A stretch of 64,000 nucleotides of DNA from a virus (IMGVR_UViG_3300028549_001428); one strand, 5' to 3'; counted from the stretch's first letter, positions 38,149 through 50,117 are shown. Program-made: numbers and translations. Notes: generated by a model not told the origin, from the sequence alone.

Positions 38149-41100
38149 TTATAGCCCTGAGTAATCACCTACTATTTTTAATTCATCTGATCTAGATTTC
38201 ACAGCCATAAACGTATAGTTCTTTTTATTTGTTATTGTTATTGTACTATGTGGATATGCTGTAAGAGAAGTATCATAATTAAATATTAAGTTCCATGTAT
38301 TACTATCAGGAGATCCATATACATTTAGCATACATATATCGCCAATACTCATAGATGTATGATTAATAAATAGATTAGTATTAGTTACGCCAACATAATC
38401 ACCACAATAAATATTATAGATATTACTATTATCAGCAACCATTATGTAATTATCTAGACTTGTATATATATCAATATAATTATCAGCAAATAATCCACTT
38501 CGACCCCATTCCATAGAAGCTACATCATCCACAATATAAGATACTCGCATAACATAACCAATATGTGGTGTTTGATTATATAGTTCGATTGTTGAATCAT
38601 ATAATGTAATTGAATTGGTTATAAACGCATGACTTCTATTAGCAATTATACCATGCCCAAATATAGCAACACCTGTCTTATTAGTAATTTCGTTGTCGTA
38701 TCCACCAATAATAGCAGAATAGTCAGCAAAAGCAATATAATTACTAGAACCACCTAATATAGAAGCACTCGTGCTATTACCTATTATATTTATTGAACCA
38801 CCACCAATAAAACAATCATCGCAATTAACTATTTCATTAGCAATACCAGTAAATATGCCAGATTGTAATGATGTAATAGCTATTCTGTTTTCTCTACCAC
38901 CACCAATTACCGAATTTGTAGAACTTGTTAAACTATTTTTATATCCAGTTAATATACCCGAATAATCACCATTAAGATAATGTTCAGTACCTGCACCGAT
39001 TATCGATCCAGTTGATGCATCTATACTATTTGTATATCCGCTAACTATTGCCGAATATGGAGATAAAGAGTTTATTCTATTAGTGTTACCAGTACCAATA
39101 AATGCATCATTTGAACCTGCACCTATATAATTGGATATACCATTTGCAATAAATGCACGGTCAGATTGATCAATCGATATTGTATTACCATTTAACACGA
39201 TAGCATACATAGATTGTGTTATAGTTATTACATTACCCGATCCTATTAATGCATAATTTGATGCTGTAATTGTATTGGTTGTACCATCTATAATACTAGC
39301 ATTATTTGAGTTAGTTATAGTGCCATTAGTGCCATTAACTATGTTTGAGTATTTAGAATTTATAATTACGTTATGAACACCATTTAATACAGTATCATAT
39401 TCAGATATTATACTCGCCTGGAATTCTGTTATTATCTGATGAGTATCACCTGCAAGTATAACAGATCTTCTAGCATTTATTATATCAGTCATGTTTGCAG
39501 TACCAATCATTGACTGAGACGATCCTGATATTTTGTTTCTATTACCTGCTAATATAGCAGATTCAAATGATGTATATGTTATTGCATTATCAGCACCTGC
39601 ACCGATCATAGAACGATGGGAATCTCTATTAATATAATTGTTTACTCCATTTCCAACAATTGAATAGTCAGCACTAACAAATGTATTTGATCCTAATACA
39701 ACGGAGTCACGACCAACCTTGTATATTTGGCTATCTAATGTACTGTCTTCAGGTGCTGTATCTATACCCTTTAAACCACCGTTTGCTTTAACATTAGCAT
39801 CACGTAAATTTCTCATGAAATTATGTGTGTGATTCTTTGATGCATACAAATCACTTAGATCAGGAGCTGGGCAACAACCGCCTGATTCTTTACCTAATTT
39901 TTTTAAATGTGCTAATTCTAAACCAAATTCAGTTATAGCATTACTTGTAGAGGCATTTGCAATTAACTGATTTTGATACCAAGTTTGCGCATCATCCTGA
40001 TATAAGTTATAAAATATAGAAGCATCTCTAATTAACGCAGTTGAATCAGCATCATCAGGTGATTGTAGATTTAAATCAATTTCACCAATAAATTGATGAA
40101 TACCATCACCAGAATCACCCATAATAACTACGTTATCCCAATCAACTACAGCAAATAGGACTGGTTCTTCATCTGGATTAATCTGGAACTGTAATTTTTT
40201 ATCACTACTTGTATTATCTACACCAAATCCTTCATCAGCTACATAAGCAGCCGTTCTCATTGGAACTGCATATATGCCTATTCTATTAAACTTAAATGAT
40301 GTATGAGTAGATTTGTAAATACTTTGATTATACTGGTCTAATACGTCAGAATCACCTGCATTTGCATATGTATCGAAAAATTCGATATTACTATTTTCAT
40401 CCAAATTACCATTAGCATCAAATCCAGTTGCTAATGTAGTAGGACTTAATTCAATATTTATTCCTAATTTAATTGCAGTAGCAACTTCCAATGTTTGCAC
40501 ATTTGATGTGAATTTAGTTTCTGTATTTATTACTTTATAATTAGAAATAGGGAAGAATTTAGTAACCTTAGACATATTTCTATTAGCTAAATCACTACTA
40601 AGAACATGTCCAATACTACTTACTGGTGCATGGAATCTATTATAATTGGATATCGTATGTAATTTCCAAAATTCATTACAGTAATAATAATCATCATCCG
40701 AAGTACCTACACCCCATGTATTATTACCTGCAAACCAACCAGTTTCATCATAGTCAGTTGAGTATGTAGCTGGTATTTGAGAACTATTAAAATAAGCACC
40801 TGCTGCTGGATACGGTAATGTTGCTGGATTTCCTAGTGAGTCGTTATAACCTCTGAAATCAGTTGATACCTTTGGAACCAATAATTCAGCACCACTAACC
40901 TTTAAATTAACTGTAATATATGGATATATTAATGATCCATTGTAATTTTCATCTTCAAATGTAGGATATTCATCAAAATAATCATCTACTGAAGTTTTTC
41001 CTGTAATATCGCCTAAATAATATAAAGGTGCTGGTATTGGTAATTCTGAATAAGTAAAGGCATCAGTTCCTTTATATACGTGCTTACCCAACATAGATCC

Positions 41101-41541
41101 ATCTGTTTTTGATGTATCATCTACCCATGCAACAAGTGCATTATTTCCATTGGAATCAAGTACATATCTGTAATGTTTTTTTATATTTTTGTCATACATC
41201 GACAAACCAAATAAATCACCACCTGCCGATCCATCAGAAACACCACCTGCATAACCAGTTCCGTTCAAATCACCTTGCCATACATTATAAATAACATCAC
41301 CATATTTGGTCAATCTAGTCATTGATGATGATATATTATCAGTATCGGTTGATTCAATTGTCGGAGTGCCATTTACATTATTGCATGTATCTGCTGGAGG
41401 TAAAACTACACTATCTGATTTCCATAAATTAGGAACATAAGCAAGTGCATAATAACCAAGCCAGTAATATTGTCCTGTTGCTTGTGAGGATGACGCTAAT
41501 AAAGATAGTCCCTGATTCGTAATTTTTGCTTGCTTTGCCAT
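38149..41541 (-). CDS. Tail fibre protein with baseplate-attachment N-terminus and beta-helix repeats
   Basis: N-terminal ITNQGLSLLA, FNRIGIYA...LFAV; long S.I..G..N.I repeat tract; late motif 41574-41582. Confidence 0.75.
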   Translation of the reverse strand: MAKQAKITNQGLSLLASSSQATGQYYWLGYYALAYVPNLWKSDSVVLPPADTCNNVNGTPTIESTDTDNISSSMTRLTKYGDVIYNVWQGDLNGTGYAGGVSDGSAGGDLFGLSMYDKNIKKHYRYVLDSNGNNALVAWVDDTSKTDGSMLGKHVYKGTDAFTYSELPIPAPLYYLGDITGKTSVDDYFDEYPTFEDENYNGSLIYPYITVNLKVSGAELLVPKVSTDFRGYNDSLGNPATLPYPAAGAYFNSSQIPATYSTDYDETGWFAGNNTWGVGTSDDDYYYCNEFWKLHTISNYNRFHAPVSSIGHVLSSDLANRNMSKVTKFFPISNYKVINTETKFTSNVQTLEVATAIKLGINIELSPTTLATGFDANGNLDENSNIEFFDTYANAGDSDVLDQYNQSIYKSTHTSFKFNRIGIYAVPMRTAAYVADEGFGVDNTSSDKKLQFQINPDEEPVLFAVVDWDNVVIMGDSGDGIHQFIGEIDLNLQSPDDADSTALIRDASIFYNLYQDDAQTWYQNQLIANASTSNAITEFGLELAHLKKLGKESGGCCPAPDLSDLYASKNHTHNFMRNLRDANVKANGGLKGIDTAPEDSTLDSQIYKVGRDSVVLGSNTFVSADYSIVGNGVNNYINRDSHRSMIGAGADNAITYTSFESAILAGNRNKISGSSQSMIGTANMTDIINARRSVILAGDTHQIITEFQASIISEYDTVLNGVHNVIINSKYSNIVNGTNGTITNSNNASIIDGTTNTITASNYALIGSGNVITITQSMYAIVLNGNTISIDQSDRAFIANGISNYIGAGSNDAFIGTGNTNRINSLSPYSAIVSGYTNSIDASTGSIIGAGTEHYLNGDYSGILTGYKNSLTSSTNSVIGGGRENRIAITSLQSGIFTGIANEIVNCDDCFIGGGSINIIGNSTSASILGGSSNYIAFADYSAIIGGYDNEITNKTGVAIFGHGIIANRSHAFITNSITLYDSTIELYNQTPHIGYVMRVSYIVDDVASMEWGRSGLFADNYIDIYTSLDNYIMVADNSNIYNIYCGDYVGVTNTNLFINHTSMSIGDICMLNVYGSPDSNTWNLIFNYDTSLTAYPHSTITITNKKNYTFMAVKSRSDELKIVGDYSGL

Positions 41542-41620
41542 TTAAAATATCCATTGATTACTACAATTTAATATAGTTTATAAATCTCATATATATAATT
41601 ATTTCCAATATAGACAGTAA

Positions 41621-42598
41621 TTAATACCATTCTGCTGGAGTAACATCACACGTTACATTAAACACACTACCAAGTGTACCAATGTTAGGTATTACTGTTT
41701 GATTAGAAAATCCAGGTCTGTCATAATAACGGATGTAATTTTGTGGTATATAATATACACCACACATTGATCTATTTAATAGATCGGTATTACTTATAGA
41801 GGTTTCATTCCAACTCATCAAAACCGTCTTTTCTAATTGATCACTAAATATTAAATATGTATTAGGTGTATACAAACCATATGGACCCTCTGGAAGATCA
41901 ATAATTCCCGAATTAAGACCTGCACCATTATATACATAACCATCCGAACTATATGATAAATCCATAGTAACAACACCGGTAAGACTAGAATTTAATCGCT
42001 TGTTAATAATAGTACGATTGGATTCATTAATTAACTCTTCTCTAATACATGGGTTGTTATAATAGATCATTGGTGCACGGTTTGTAGAATTAAGTAATCC
42101 CGAATTATGTAAGGCATATGTTGCATACATTGGTGGTATTTGGGTTTTTCCCATAAATCGCATATATGGCAGTGTAATAGTTGAAGGAATTCCTTGCGTT
42201 ACGAAGCAACAAAGATAATCACCATTAGCACCAATCACATTTTTACCCTTACCACCCGATAATGTATATCGAGTAGATACATTTGGCATTGTATCATATA
42301 CAGTTATTTGAGTTGAATATGTTATACCTTTATAAGTTGCTGAAATAGTAACAATACCAAAACTAATTCCCACTGAACTTACTAAACCATTTATAACAGT
42401 AGCTCTATTACTAACATTAGACGACCATGTACACATCGAATTCAAATTACTACCATTAGCACCAATAGCATTTAATTGAATTTGTCCATTCTTTCCGTCA
42501 CTACCATCATGACATAACATCGACACTTCTACTATATCGATTGCACCCAGTGTTGTACTAGTCATACTATTCATCATCATTAAACGTCTGCGATTCAT
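41621..42598 (-). CDS. Ig-like (Big_2) domain structural protein
   Basis: MNRRRLMMM N-terminus; TWSSN...ATV.NGLV....G.VTISATY. Confidence 0.7.
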   Translation of the reverse strand: MNRRRLMMMNSMTSTTLGAIDIVEVSMLCHDGSDGKNGQIQLNAIGANGSNLNSMCTWSSNVSNRATVINGLVSSVGISFGIVTISATYKGITYSTQITVYDTMPNVSTRYTLSGGKGKNVIGANGDYLCCFVTQGIPSTITLPYMRFMGKTQIPPMYATYALHNSGLLNSTNRAPMIYYNNPCIREELINESNRTIINKRLNSSLTGVVTMDLSYSSDGYVYNGAGLNSGIIDLPEGPYGLYTPNTYLIFSDQLEKTVLMSWNETSISNTDLLNRSMCGVYYIPQNYIRYYDRPGFSNQTVIPNIGTLGSVFNVTCDVTPAEWY

Positions 42599-42906
42599 TT
42601 ATTATCCTTAGTTGTAATTACTTGATTCCAAGGTTGATCTATAACAGGAGTTGGGATTGGTATCATATCAATTATTGTAAGTATTTCACTATACATAGCA
42701 TCACGAGACTCAAATATTAATTCCTCTTCCAATTTATTTACTGGAACAATATCATGCTCATTATATTGTATAAATGTGGTATAATTGTGTTTTATTACTA
42801 ATAATGCAGTATCTGATAATGTTAAAATACAATTTGGATTAATTGTAATATTCCCAAAACTAATAGGTATATTCGTTTTATTTTTTATTCCCTTTATCAT
42901 CGACAT
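42595..42906 (-). CDS. Hypothetical protein
   Basis: 103-aa ORF in the fibre operon. Confidence 0.6.
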   Translation of the reverse strand: MSMIKGIKNKTNIPISFGNITINPNCILTLSDTALLVIKHNYTTFIQYNEHDIVPVNKLEEELIFESRDAMYSEILTIIDMIPIPTPVIDQPWNQVITTKDNK

Positions 42907-42915
42907 ATATCCCTC

Positions 42916-44832
42916 TTAGAATTCAGCAACAACGCCCAATCCATCAACAATAGAGAATTCATATACTTTATTAGCTAATATTATAGGTGTCACGCCATTC
43001 ACCCAACTTATACCACCTGGCCATGTTATAACAGAAGCAGTACCACCTGATATGAATTTAGCATGATATTCATTTTCAATATCAGAATATACTACAGAAC
43101 CTAATACAAATGTCATTGTAGTGACTGTACCAAATATTTCGAATACATTTGGACTTATTGTTACAGTTCCAGTAGTCTCAGCTCGATTAGACAACGGTAT
43201 ACCATCACTAACACGACTCAATAAAGTCCAATTACTACCACTACCATCATAAGAAAATACACCAGTGTCTTTAGGTGCTAAATTATATCCGGCAAATGTA
43301 GCGACACCCGTATTATTATTAATTATCATAACTTCATAATTCGTATTAGATGCTGTGCCACTTTCCACTGAAGTTGCCGTTACTGTACAGGTAGTACCAC
43401 CACTTAAAATTGCTCGTGTATTAACATCCAAATCTAATGTTGTAGAATCAGTTCGTGCAGTTGTAGGTACTATAACCGCTTGTAGTATTTTGGATTGTGT
43501 TGAATTAAATGTAGCATATGTGGTTCTACTAATTGTATCATCACTACAAATTTCAATAGTATTAGATCCACTGGAAGAAGCCCATATCATCAATTCAGCG
43601 GCATTTATATATGATATTCTACTAATACCTGTAGTTTTTGTATCTGATGTTGGTGATGGACGATCAAATGTAAATCTATTATAATACCATGAACCTGAAT
43701 TACCTGTAGTATATGTAAGAGGTGCACCACCCATTACAGTACCATCATTATATTGTACTTGACCAGACGACCCTGCTGGATTAGCAATAAGATCTGTTAT
43801 TATCATTTCGCCATTAGCATCAAACCCAATTCCCTTACCAGCAGAAGCATATACATCATCAGCACCTTGTAAAACACCATGTATATGCAATATACCTAAA
43901 CCACCAATTCCAATATGCACTCCATTAGGATTATCATCAAGAGCACTAATAACTAAATCTTTACCAATAGCAACAACACCAGATAAATCATCCAAATGAT
44001 TATTAATTCCATATGCCTCACATGCGGATGTGTTAACTAAATTATGCGCATGACCAAACATATGAGAATCACCACCACCGCCAGATTCATAATTATCGGT
44101 TCCAAATGCCATTGATTCAGGCGCATCACATCGATTATCATTACCTATAATGATTTTGTTTCCATATGTGAGAGGCATTGTGTTACTCTTGCCTATTATG
44201 ATATTTGCCGGACCTGTTATATCATTACTACGACCAATTATTTGACTTTCAGAGGCGGCATCTCGAATACGATTACTATCACCAAATATAATCGTTTCAT
44301 TAACATTATCATCAATAAGATTACTATCACCTATAATACAATTTTCACTTGATGATGAGGTTATTATATTTGCTGTTCCTATTACTGTGTTATTATTAGC
44401 ATCGGTAAATAAATTATTTGTGCCATCCACATTATTTTGTGCACAATTACCACTAAAATAACTACCAGTACCATTCTTCACCGTGTTACGTAAAACACCA
44501 ACACCACCAAGAAATACTGAGTCTGGTGTATTTGTATACATATTACCACGAGAATCTTCTGTTTCAATAGAATCACCGATAGATGTAGCACCTGTCCATA
44601 TAGTATGACGTGTAGCAGTTCCCGATCCACTAATAGTACCACTACCACTACTACCAGGAACACCCTGATAACCTTGCGATCCTTGATATCCCTTTAATTC
44701 CTCAATAGGTATTCGTCTGTTTGCTTTAACAGTAGATACGCCGATTGATAACGGTACTTGAGCAGCATCATTAACGGCATCTTCCAATGTAGAATACACC
44801 AACTGTGAAATTTTTAAACCACTATTCGCCAT
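42916..44832 (-). CDS. Tail fibre-like protein
   Basis: LKISQL N-terminus, short GYQG collagen, IIG.SN repeats, PAGSSGQVQYN, C-terminal ENEY..F.SG....WP domain; late motif 44859-44867. Confidence 0.7.
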   Translation of the reverse strand: MANSGLKISQLVYSTLEDAVNDAAQVPLSIGVSTVKANRRIPIEELKGYQGSQGYQGVPGSSGSGTISGSGTATRHTIWTGATSIGDSIETEDSRGNMYTNTPDSVFLGGVGVLRNTVKNGTGSYFSGNCAQNNVDGTNNLFTDANNNTVIGTANIITSSSSENCIIGDSNLIDDNVNETIIFGDSNRIRDAASESQIIGRSNDITGPANIIIGKSNTMPLTYGNKIIIGNDNRCDAPESMAFGTDNYESGGGGDSHMFGHAHNLVNTSACEAYGINNHLDDLSGVVAIGKDLVISALDDNPNGVHIGIGGLGILHIHGVLQGADDVYASAGKGIGFDANGEMIITDLIANPAGSSGQVQYNDGTVMGGAPLTYTTGNSGSWYYNRFTFDRPSPTSDTKTTGISRISYINAAELMIWASSSGSNTIEICSDDTISRTTYATFNSTQSKILQAVIVPTTARTDSTTLDLDVNTRAILSGGTTCTVTATSVESGTASNTNYEVMIINNNTGVATFAGYNLAPKDTGVFSYDGSGSNWTLLSRVSDGIPLSNRAETTGTVTISPNVFEIFGTVTTMTFVLGSVVYSDIENEYHAKFISGGTASVITWPGGISWVNGVTPIILANKVYEFSIVDGLGVVAEF

Positions 44833-44954
44833 AATATAACCCATTGACTAATTATCAATAGTTTATATAAGGCGAGTTATATGATTATTTCCAATCCACT
44901 GGTATATTTGCATAACCACCAGTTAATGTACAGACATTAAATAGTTCAATATGA

Positions 44955-47900
44955 TTAGTTACTTGGACCAACTTCGATAATCGTATCAAGTGTTACACTA
45001 TTATATGTACATGAAATTATTGCGGTTCCATTCACATTCAATACGGTTACAACACCATTTTGATCAACAGTAGCAATTAATGGATCACTAGTTGTCCATG
45101 CACATGCGTATATACCACCATCGCTAAATTGAGGAATTATTGTATGTGTGGTGTTTTCCTCTGTGATTATATTAGTTGGATCTACTGATATTAAATATGG
45201 AATTGCTTGTATATTCCAAGATGTACCATCAAAACATCCATTTGTAAGTTCTTCGGTAAATGTTATAGGATCAAATCCAACAGATGCTGATAGTTTACCT
45301 ACCGATCTCATATTGGAGATTGTTACTGTTGATTTAGCCTTAACATATAGAAATTTAAATATACCATCAAATACCGTATTTATTGGCTTGAATGAACGAA
45401 TTTGATTTGTTATTCTTCTCTTATCAGGTCCTAATAATTGATTGTCAAAGTTTCCTTCAATTTCTACTTTTAATGAAAAATGGGGGGTCACTACAAAATT
45501 AGATTGTTTACCTTCTAAGTTATCAGTTAATTGAGTTCCTTTTATTTCATAGTCAGGAATTAATTCATTATATGGGTCTTCTGCACGTGTCCAATATGTA
45601 ACCAATTGACCAACAATACCAAAGGTTGCCAATAATAATTCTAATGATGATTCTGTTCCCTTCAATGTATAGTATTGAGGTAGATTCTGAATTGTTTCTC
45701 TTAATGCATTATTTCGTTCTTCATCCGTTGTGTACATTATACTTTCATTGATATCATCTTTAACATTGGATATATCATAACCCATGAATCTAGCTAGGTA
45801 TTCAATCAACTCAATGTCGATTACTTTAGGATCTTTTAAATAAGCTAGACGTTCAAACTTTTCAGCCAATGGATATTTTAAATCAGTAACACCAATAAAA
45901 TCAGAACTCATACCCGTTCTAGGTGCAATTGAGTTATAATCATATCTTGAATTATATTGTTGATGTATTTGCGATGATGTATCTAAGTTTTCAATTTTTT
46001 CAAATTGAAAGTTAAAATTAGTTGCATATCTACCATATACTTTGTACACCTGATTATCTATAGCAAAATTATTCGTTACATATGCATCCACTTCAGAATC
46101 AGTATATCTAACATATACATATGGAATTGGAGCATCATCCAATTCATCATAATCGTCATTTTCTCTAGCATCTATGGTAATATCTTTAATCTTCATAACT
46201 AATTTTTTATCTAAACGAGTCCATAAAGCGTTTGATTTTACTCTATATATGCCATTTTCACGAGTCAATAATTGGTCTTTCAATTCAATTATATCACCAT
46301 TTCTGAATGTATAATATGTACCATCAACAAACTTGAATTTATATTCACCATACAATGTATTTACATTGTTTTTATTTGAATTTGGTGTGATTGATATGCC
46401 TTTATATACATTACCAACTAATTCGGATACTGTGGTTGCACCAATTATCACAAATGTATTAGCGTTTAATACTTCATGTATAGTAAATGTACCATTATAG
46501 CTTTCAGTATTGGATATTGTAATAATATCACCGGCACTAAATGTGGCGTTGGTGGAAGTATTAACTGTTATTTTACTACCATTACCAGAAATTTCTGAAA
46601 TATAATGTCCGATATAACTACTATCGTATGATGATTTTTGTTGCCATTCAATATCAGTTATGGAATATTTATACCACTGTTCTGATTGACATAATAATTC
46701 CAATCCTGATTGTGGTGTTGCCGTAGTTGGAAGCGATCCACCCTTTAATTTATATCTAAATGATTTCGTGGTTGGTGTATCTAATACTTCGAATTTACCA
46801 TTATAAGCACCTTGGGAGGCACCACTTATAGTAACTACAGTCCCTGTTATATAACTATGCCCGTCGTATAATGTAACTGTTGCTATACTATTCGAATCGC
46901 ATACCATTGAATAAATATTATGCGGAGATAATTCCATACAAGTTGCTGGATTCAATGTTGTTGTATCGAATAAATTCTGTTGCATAAATAATGTCAGTGG
47001 AACCGATACTTTAGTAGTATCAATTTCGTTCCATTCGCCTACATTAGATATAACATATATACCATTTTGTGCTGTATTCTCTTGATTGTCTACCGAAATG
47101 AAATCACCAACTGACGGTGTGTATATTGTTATTATTTCACTTGTTGTGGTTGCAGGTGTTACAGCAAACCCATCTACTATGTATGTGAATGTATAATCAT
47201 CTTCAACCGTTATCTCAGCGTCAATATTATACTGTGATTGATCAGCACCTTCAATTTTAACAGTTATTCCACTAGAATATCCATGCTTATCAGTTGTATT
47301 AACGGTTGCTATTATACCTACTCTAATTATAGAAGAAATTCCGCATCGGATATCATTATTATACATAGCAATTGGTTGTATGCTATATGTACCAGATTGT
47401 GTAGTAAGGTCATCAACTTCATATGTAAATGCATATGGCGTGATAACAGTTATTTTATGTCTTCCGTTAAATACAGATTCATTTAAATTACTCACAGTTA
47501 CATATACACCAGTATCTAATTGATGTATTTGAGTAGTTGCTACCGTAACTAGTCCATTTTCCTTTGATATACGGTCAATAGTTAGATTTAATTCCCAATC
47601 GGCTCCCTTCAATAGCATACTATCTAAGGTTCTTGCTTTAACATAATTAGAAACAGCACCAGTAACCGCATCATAATCATGCGATCCTTGTATAATTTCC
47701 ATGAAGCCATTTCTTTGCAATATAGTTGATGGTGCTACACGAGGATCGAATACGAACTGTCTCTGTTCATATCCATATTTTAGTGATAAATCTTCTGTCT
47801 TTGTAATATACAAATCAGAGTAAAGTTCATCGAATCCTATTGTATAGTCTGGTTCTTCTGAATAATCCAATGATTTAGTTGAATACATTCCATTCATATA

Positions 47901-50114
47901 TGGGTTGTATGCTACTTTCTTTTCATAATTAACAATATCAACCATATCGATGATATAATATTTTGTGTTTCGTGGATCTATTGTACCACTTGTATGTGTC
48001 TTTAATACTTTATAACGCATTCCATTGTAGTACACATAATCATTCTTGTAATATATTTTAGAACTGTTCCAAGGAGTTGTTATTGAGGTTGATGTCATAA
48101 CACTAGGAAAATATGTAAATGGATTATGTTTAATAAACATACCAGATGAAATAACATCACCATATACACCAGTAAATTCAATTGTTCCTGTACTTCCTTG
48201 TGTATTATGTGAGTATATTTTTCCATGAGTTGTAGTATCAACATTCAATTTAACTATACCAAATACAACTGATGTAGATACTGTTAAATATCTAATCTCA
48301 TGTATTTTTATACCATTTGTGACTGCATTTACTGACTCAATTGTATAAATGGTATCAGTATTCAATAACGTTGGTGTGTTTCCATATAACGTATGTATCT
48401 TGATATAATCACCAGATTTTAGCCCAGTAACATCATTCAAAATAAATTCTTGCGTGGTTATATTGAATTCACTTTCATCACAAATTGTATTTATTTTATT
48501 AAATACTATAGGATCATTGGTTGGGTTATTAATACCAACTGTAGAAAATGACACACCTTCCAATTTTATAGAACTTCTATTATTTGATATAGGAGTATTA
48601 GATACAATTTTGTAATGTGTATTTTCGGTTAATGGTGTAGTTGTACCAGCAGGTATTGTAGCCATTACATATGAATCAACATCGAATCCATTAACTGAAT
48701 TAATTGTAAATGTCTGGGTTGATACATTCATATCGGTTTCTGCATATGTGTTTGCCGAAACTAAGTCATATTCATTATTTATTCTATATAGTAGATCACC
48801 GCTTGTTATCGTATCACTACCAACTTTATTGGTATAATTCAATTTCAACTTATATTTTGATGAATCTATTAATTTGCTATAATATAGATTTGATATAATA
48901 ATTTTACCAACGTACTCTTGACCGATTGTAGTTGATTTGTATGTAAATTGTTTAGAATTAATTGTTGAAATAACTTGAACATTGGCTTTATCAAATAACG
49001 CAGTTCCACTTATATACACATAATCACCAATATTTACATTATGATTAGTTGACGTAGTGACAGTGGCTACATTTCCACTTAAATTTACAATTTCTGTTAT
49101 AGTTAATATGGTCTGATTAGACTCATAGTATGGATCTATGAAAGAGGTCATATTCTTATCGGTTAAAATATTAGTATTAGTTAATTCTCTAGCATAGAAT
49201 ATCCCTTTACCATATCCATATATCCATTCAAAATTATCACATCCATTACCAAAACGAATTGAAATATCATCATCATATACAGATGGTAGTGTTTTTATCA
49301 TATCATAATAATCAACAACAATCTTTTCTTTTTTACCATCATTATCCATATCTCGCTCAACTGTAAATACAGATGACATACTACTAACATTAGTAATAGT
49401 AGCAGTAAAGTATACAGTATAATAATCTAACCCATCTATTGTATCAGCCTTTCGTGTGTGTATGTCTGATATATTTGATGGATTAAATGTTATTATTCTA
49501 GGAACTAATCCAATCACACTAGTAATTGGTTCATTTATTGTGTTAGTAAACGGATCTTGCGATGATGTATATGGATCGAGTACTAATGTATTCGATCCAC
49601 TATCATAGTAATACACACCATCATTAGATGAATATTCGGTTTTTGTAAATTTAACGAAAAATTTATCACCATTATACAAGGTATTTGTTCCACTACGAAT
49701 AGCAGATGAAATGATTTCAGAACTTAACACACCATCCTGTTCTGAAATAGAATCTAAATCACCATTATACTTTATATATTCAACTATGAATGGACGGCTT
49801 GGTATATATGGATTACCTTGAGGCTTTGACAAAAATAACATGGAACTATCACGCAATTCACATTGCTTGAATAAATTAACTAAATCAGCGGTTTTCTTCT
49901 GTACTTTTGCTAAATTTGATTCAATCGAAACAAATTTGAATTCAAATTTCTCAACAACTGTTATATTTCTATATGCGTTATTAAGATAGTCTGATAATAG
50001 CTGCAGTAAGACAACTACATCATCTTCAGCTTTTAGAAAATCGGGTATTTGAGATACATAATCTATGAATCGTTGAATGCCGCCTGTATTGTGTATACTA
50101 GGATTTGTTGCCAT
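44955..50114 (-). CDS. Baseplate wedge protein (gp7/P2 gpI-like) with many inserted domains
   Basis: IPDFLK N-terminus, YLARFMG, YYTLKGTESSL, IRSFKPINT; follows the gp6-like gene; C-terminal Big_2. Confidence 0.75.
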   Translation of the reverse strand: MATNPSIHNTGGIQRFIDYVSQIPDFLKAEDDVVVLLQLLSDYLNNAYRNITVVEKFEFKFVSIESNLAKVQKKTADLVNLFKQCELRDSSMLFLSKPQGNPYIPSRPFIVEYIKYNGDLDSISEQDGVLSSEIISSAIRSGTNTLYNGDKFFVKFTKTEYSSNDGVYYYDSGSNTLVLDPYTSSQDPFTNTINEPITSVIGLVPRIITFNPSNISDIHTRKADTIDGLDYYTVYFTATITNVSSMSSVFTVERDMDNDGKKEKIVVDYYDMIKTLPSVYDDDISIRFGNGCDNFEWIYGYGKGIFYARELTNTNILTDKNMTSFIDPYYESNQTILTITEIVNLSGNVATVTTSTNHNVNIGDYVYISGTALFDKANVQVISTINSKQFTYKSTTIGQEYVGKIIISNLYYSKLIDSSKYKLKLNYTNKVGSDTITSGDLLYRINNEYDLVSANTYAETDMNVSTQTFTINSVNGFDVDSYVMATIPAGTTTPLTENTHYKIVSNTPISNNRSSIKLEGVSFSTVGINNPTNDPIVFNKINTICDESEFNITTQEFILNDVTGLKSGDYIKIHTLYGNTPTLLNTDTIYTIESVNAVTNGIKIHEIRYLTVSTSVVFGIVKLNVDTTTHGKIYSHNTQGSTGTIEFTGVYGDVISSGMFIKHNPFTYFPSVMTSTSITTPWNSSKIYYKNDYVYYNGMRYKVLKTHTSGTIDPRNTKYYIIDMVDIVNYEKKVAYNPYMNGMYSTKSLDYSEEPDYTIGFDELYSDLYITKTEDLSLKYGYEQRQFVFDPRVAPSTILQRNGFMEIIQGSHDYDAVTGAVSNYVKARTLDSMLLKGADWELNLTIDRISKENGLVTVATTQIHQLDTGVYVTVSNLNESVFNGRHKITVITPYAFTYEVDDLTTQSGTYSIQPIAMYNNDIRCGISSIIRVGIIATVNTTDKHGYSSGITVKIEGADQSQYNIDAEITVEDDYTFTYIVDGFAVTPATTTSEIITIYTPSVGDFISVDNQENTAQNGIYVISNVGEWNEIDTTKVSVPLTLFMQQNLFDTTTLNPATCMELSPHNIYSMVCDSNSIATVTLYDGHSYITGTVVTISGASQGAYNGKFEVLDTPTTKSFRYKLKGGSLPTTATPQSGLELLCQSEQWYKYSITDIEWQQKSSYDSSYIGHYISEISGNGSKITVNTSTNATFSAGDIITISNTESYNGTFTIHEVLNANTFVIIGATTVSELVGNVYKGISITPNSNKNNVNTLYGEYKFKFVDGTYYTFRNGDIIELKDQLLTRENGIYRVKSNALWTRLDKKLVMKIKDITIDARENDDYDELDDAPIPYVYVRYTDSEVDAYVTNNFAIDNQVYKVYGRYATNFNFQFEKIENLDTSSQIHQQYNSRYDYNSIAPRTGMSSDFIGVTDLKYPLAEKFERLAYLKDPKVIDIELIEYLARFMGYDISNVKDDINESIMYTTDEERNNALRETIQNLPQYYTLKGTESSLELLLATFGIVGQLVTYWTRAEDPYNELIPDYEIKGTQLTDNLEGKQSNFVVTPHFSLKVEIEGNFDNQLLGPDKRRITNQIRSFKPINTVFDGIFKFLYVKAKSTVTISNMRSVGKLSASVGFDPITFTEELTNGCFDGTSWNIQAIPYLISVDPTNIITEENTTHTIIPQFSDGGIYACAWTTSDPLIATVDQNGVVTVLNVNGTAIISCTYNSVTLDTIIEVGPSN

Positions 50115-50117
50115 AAT

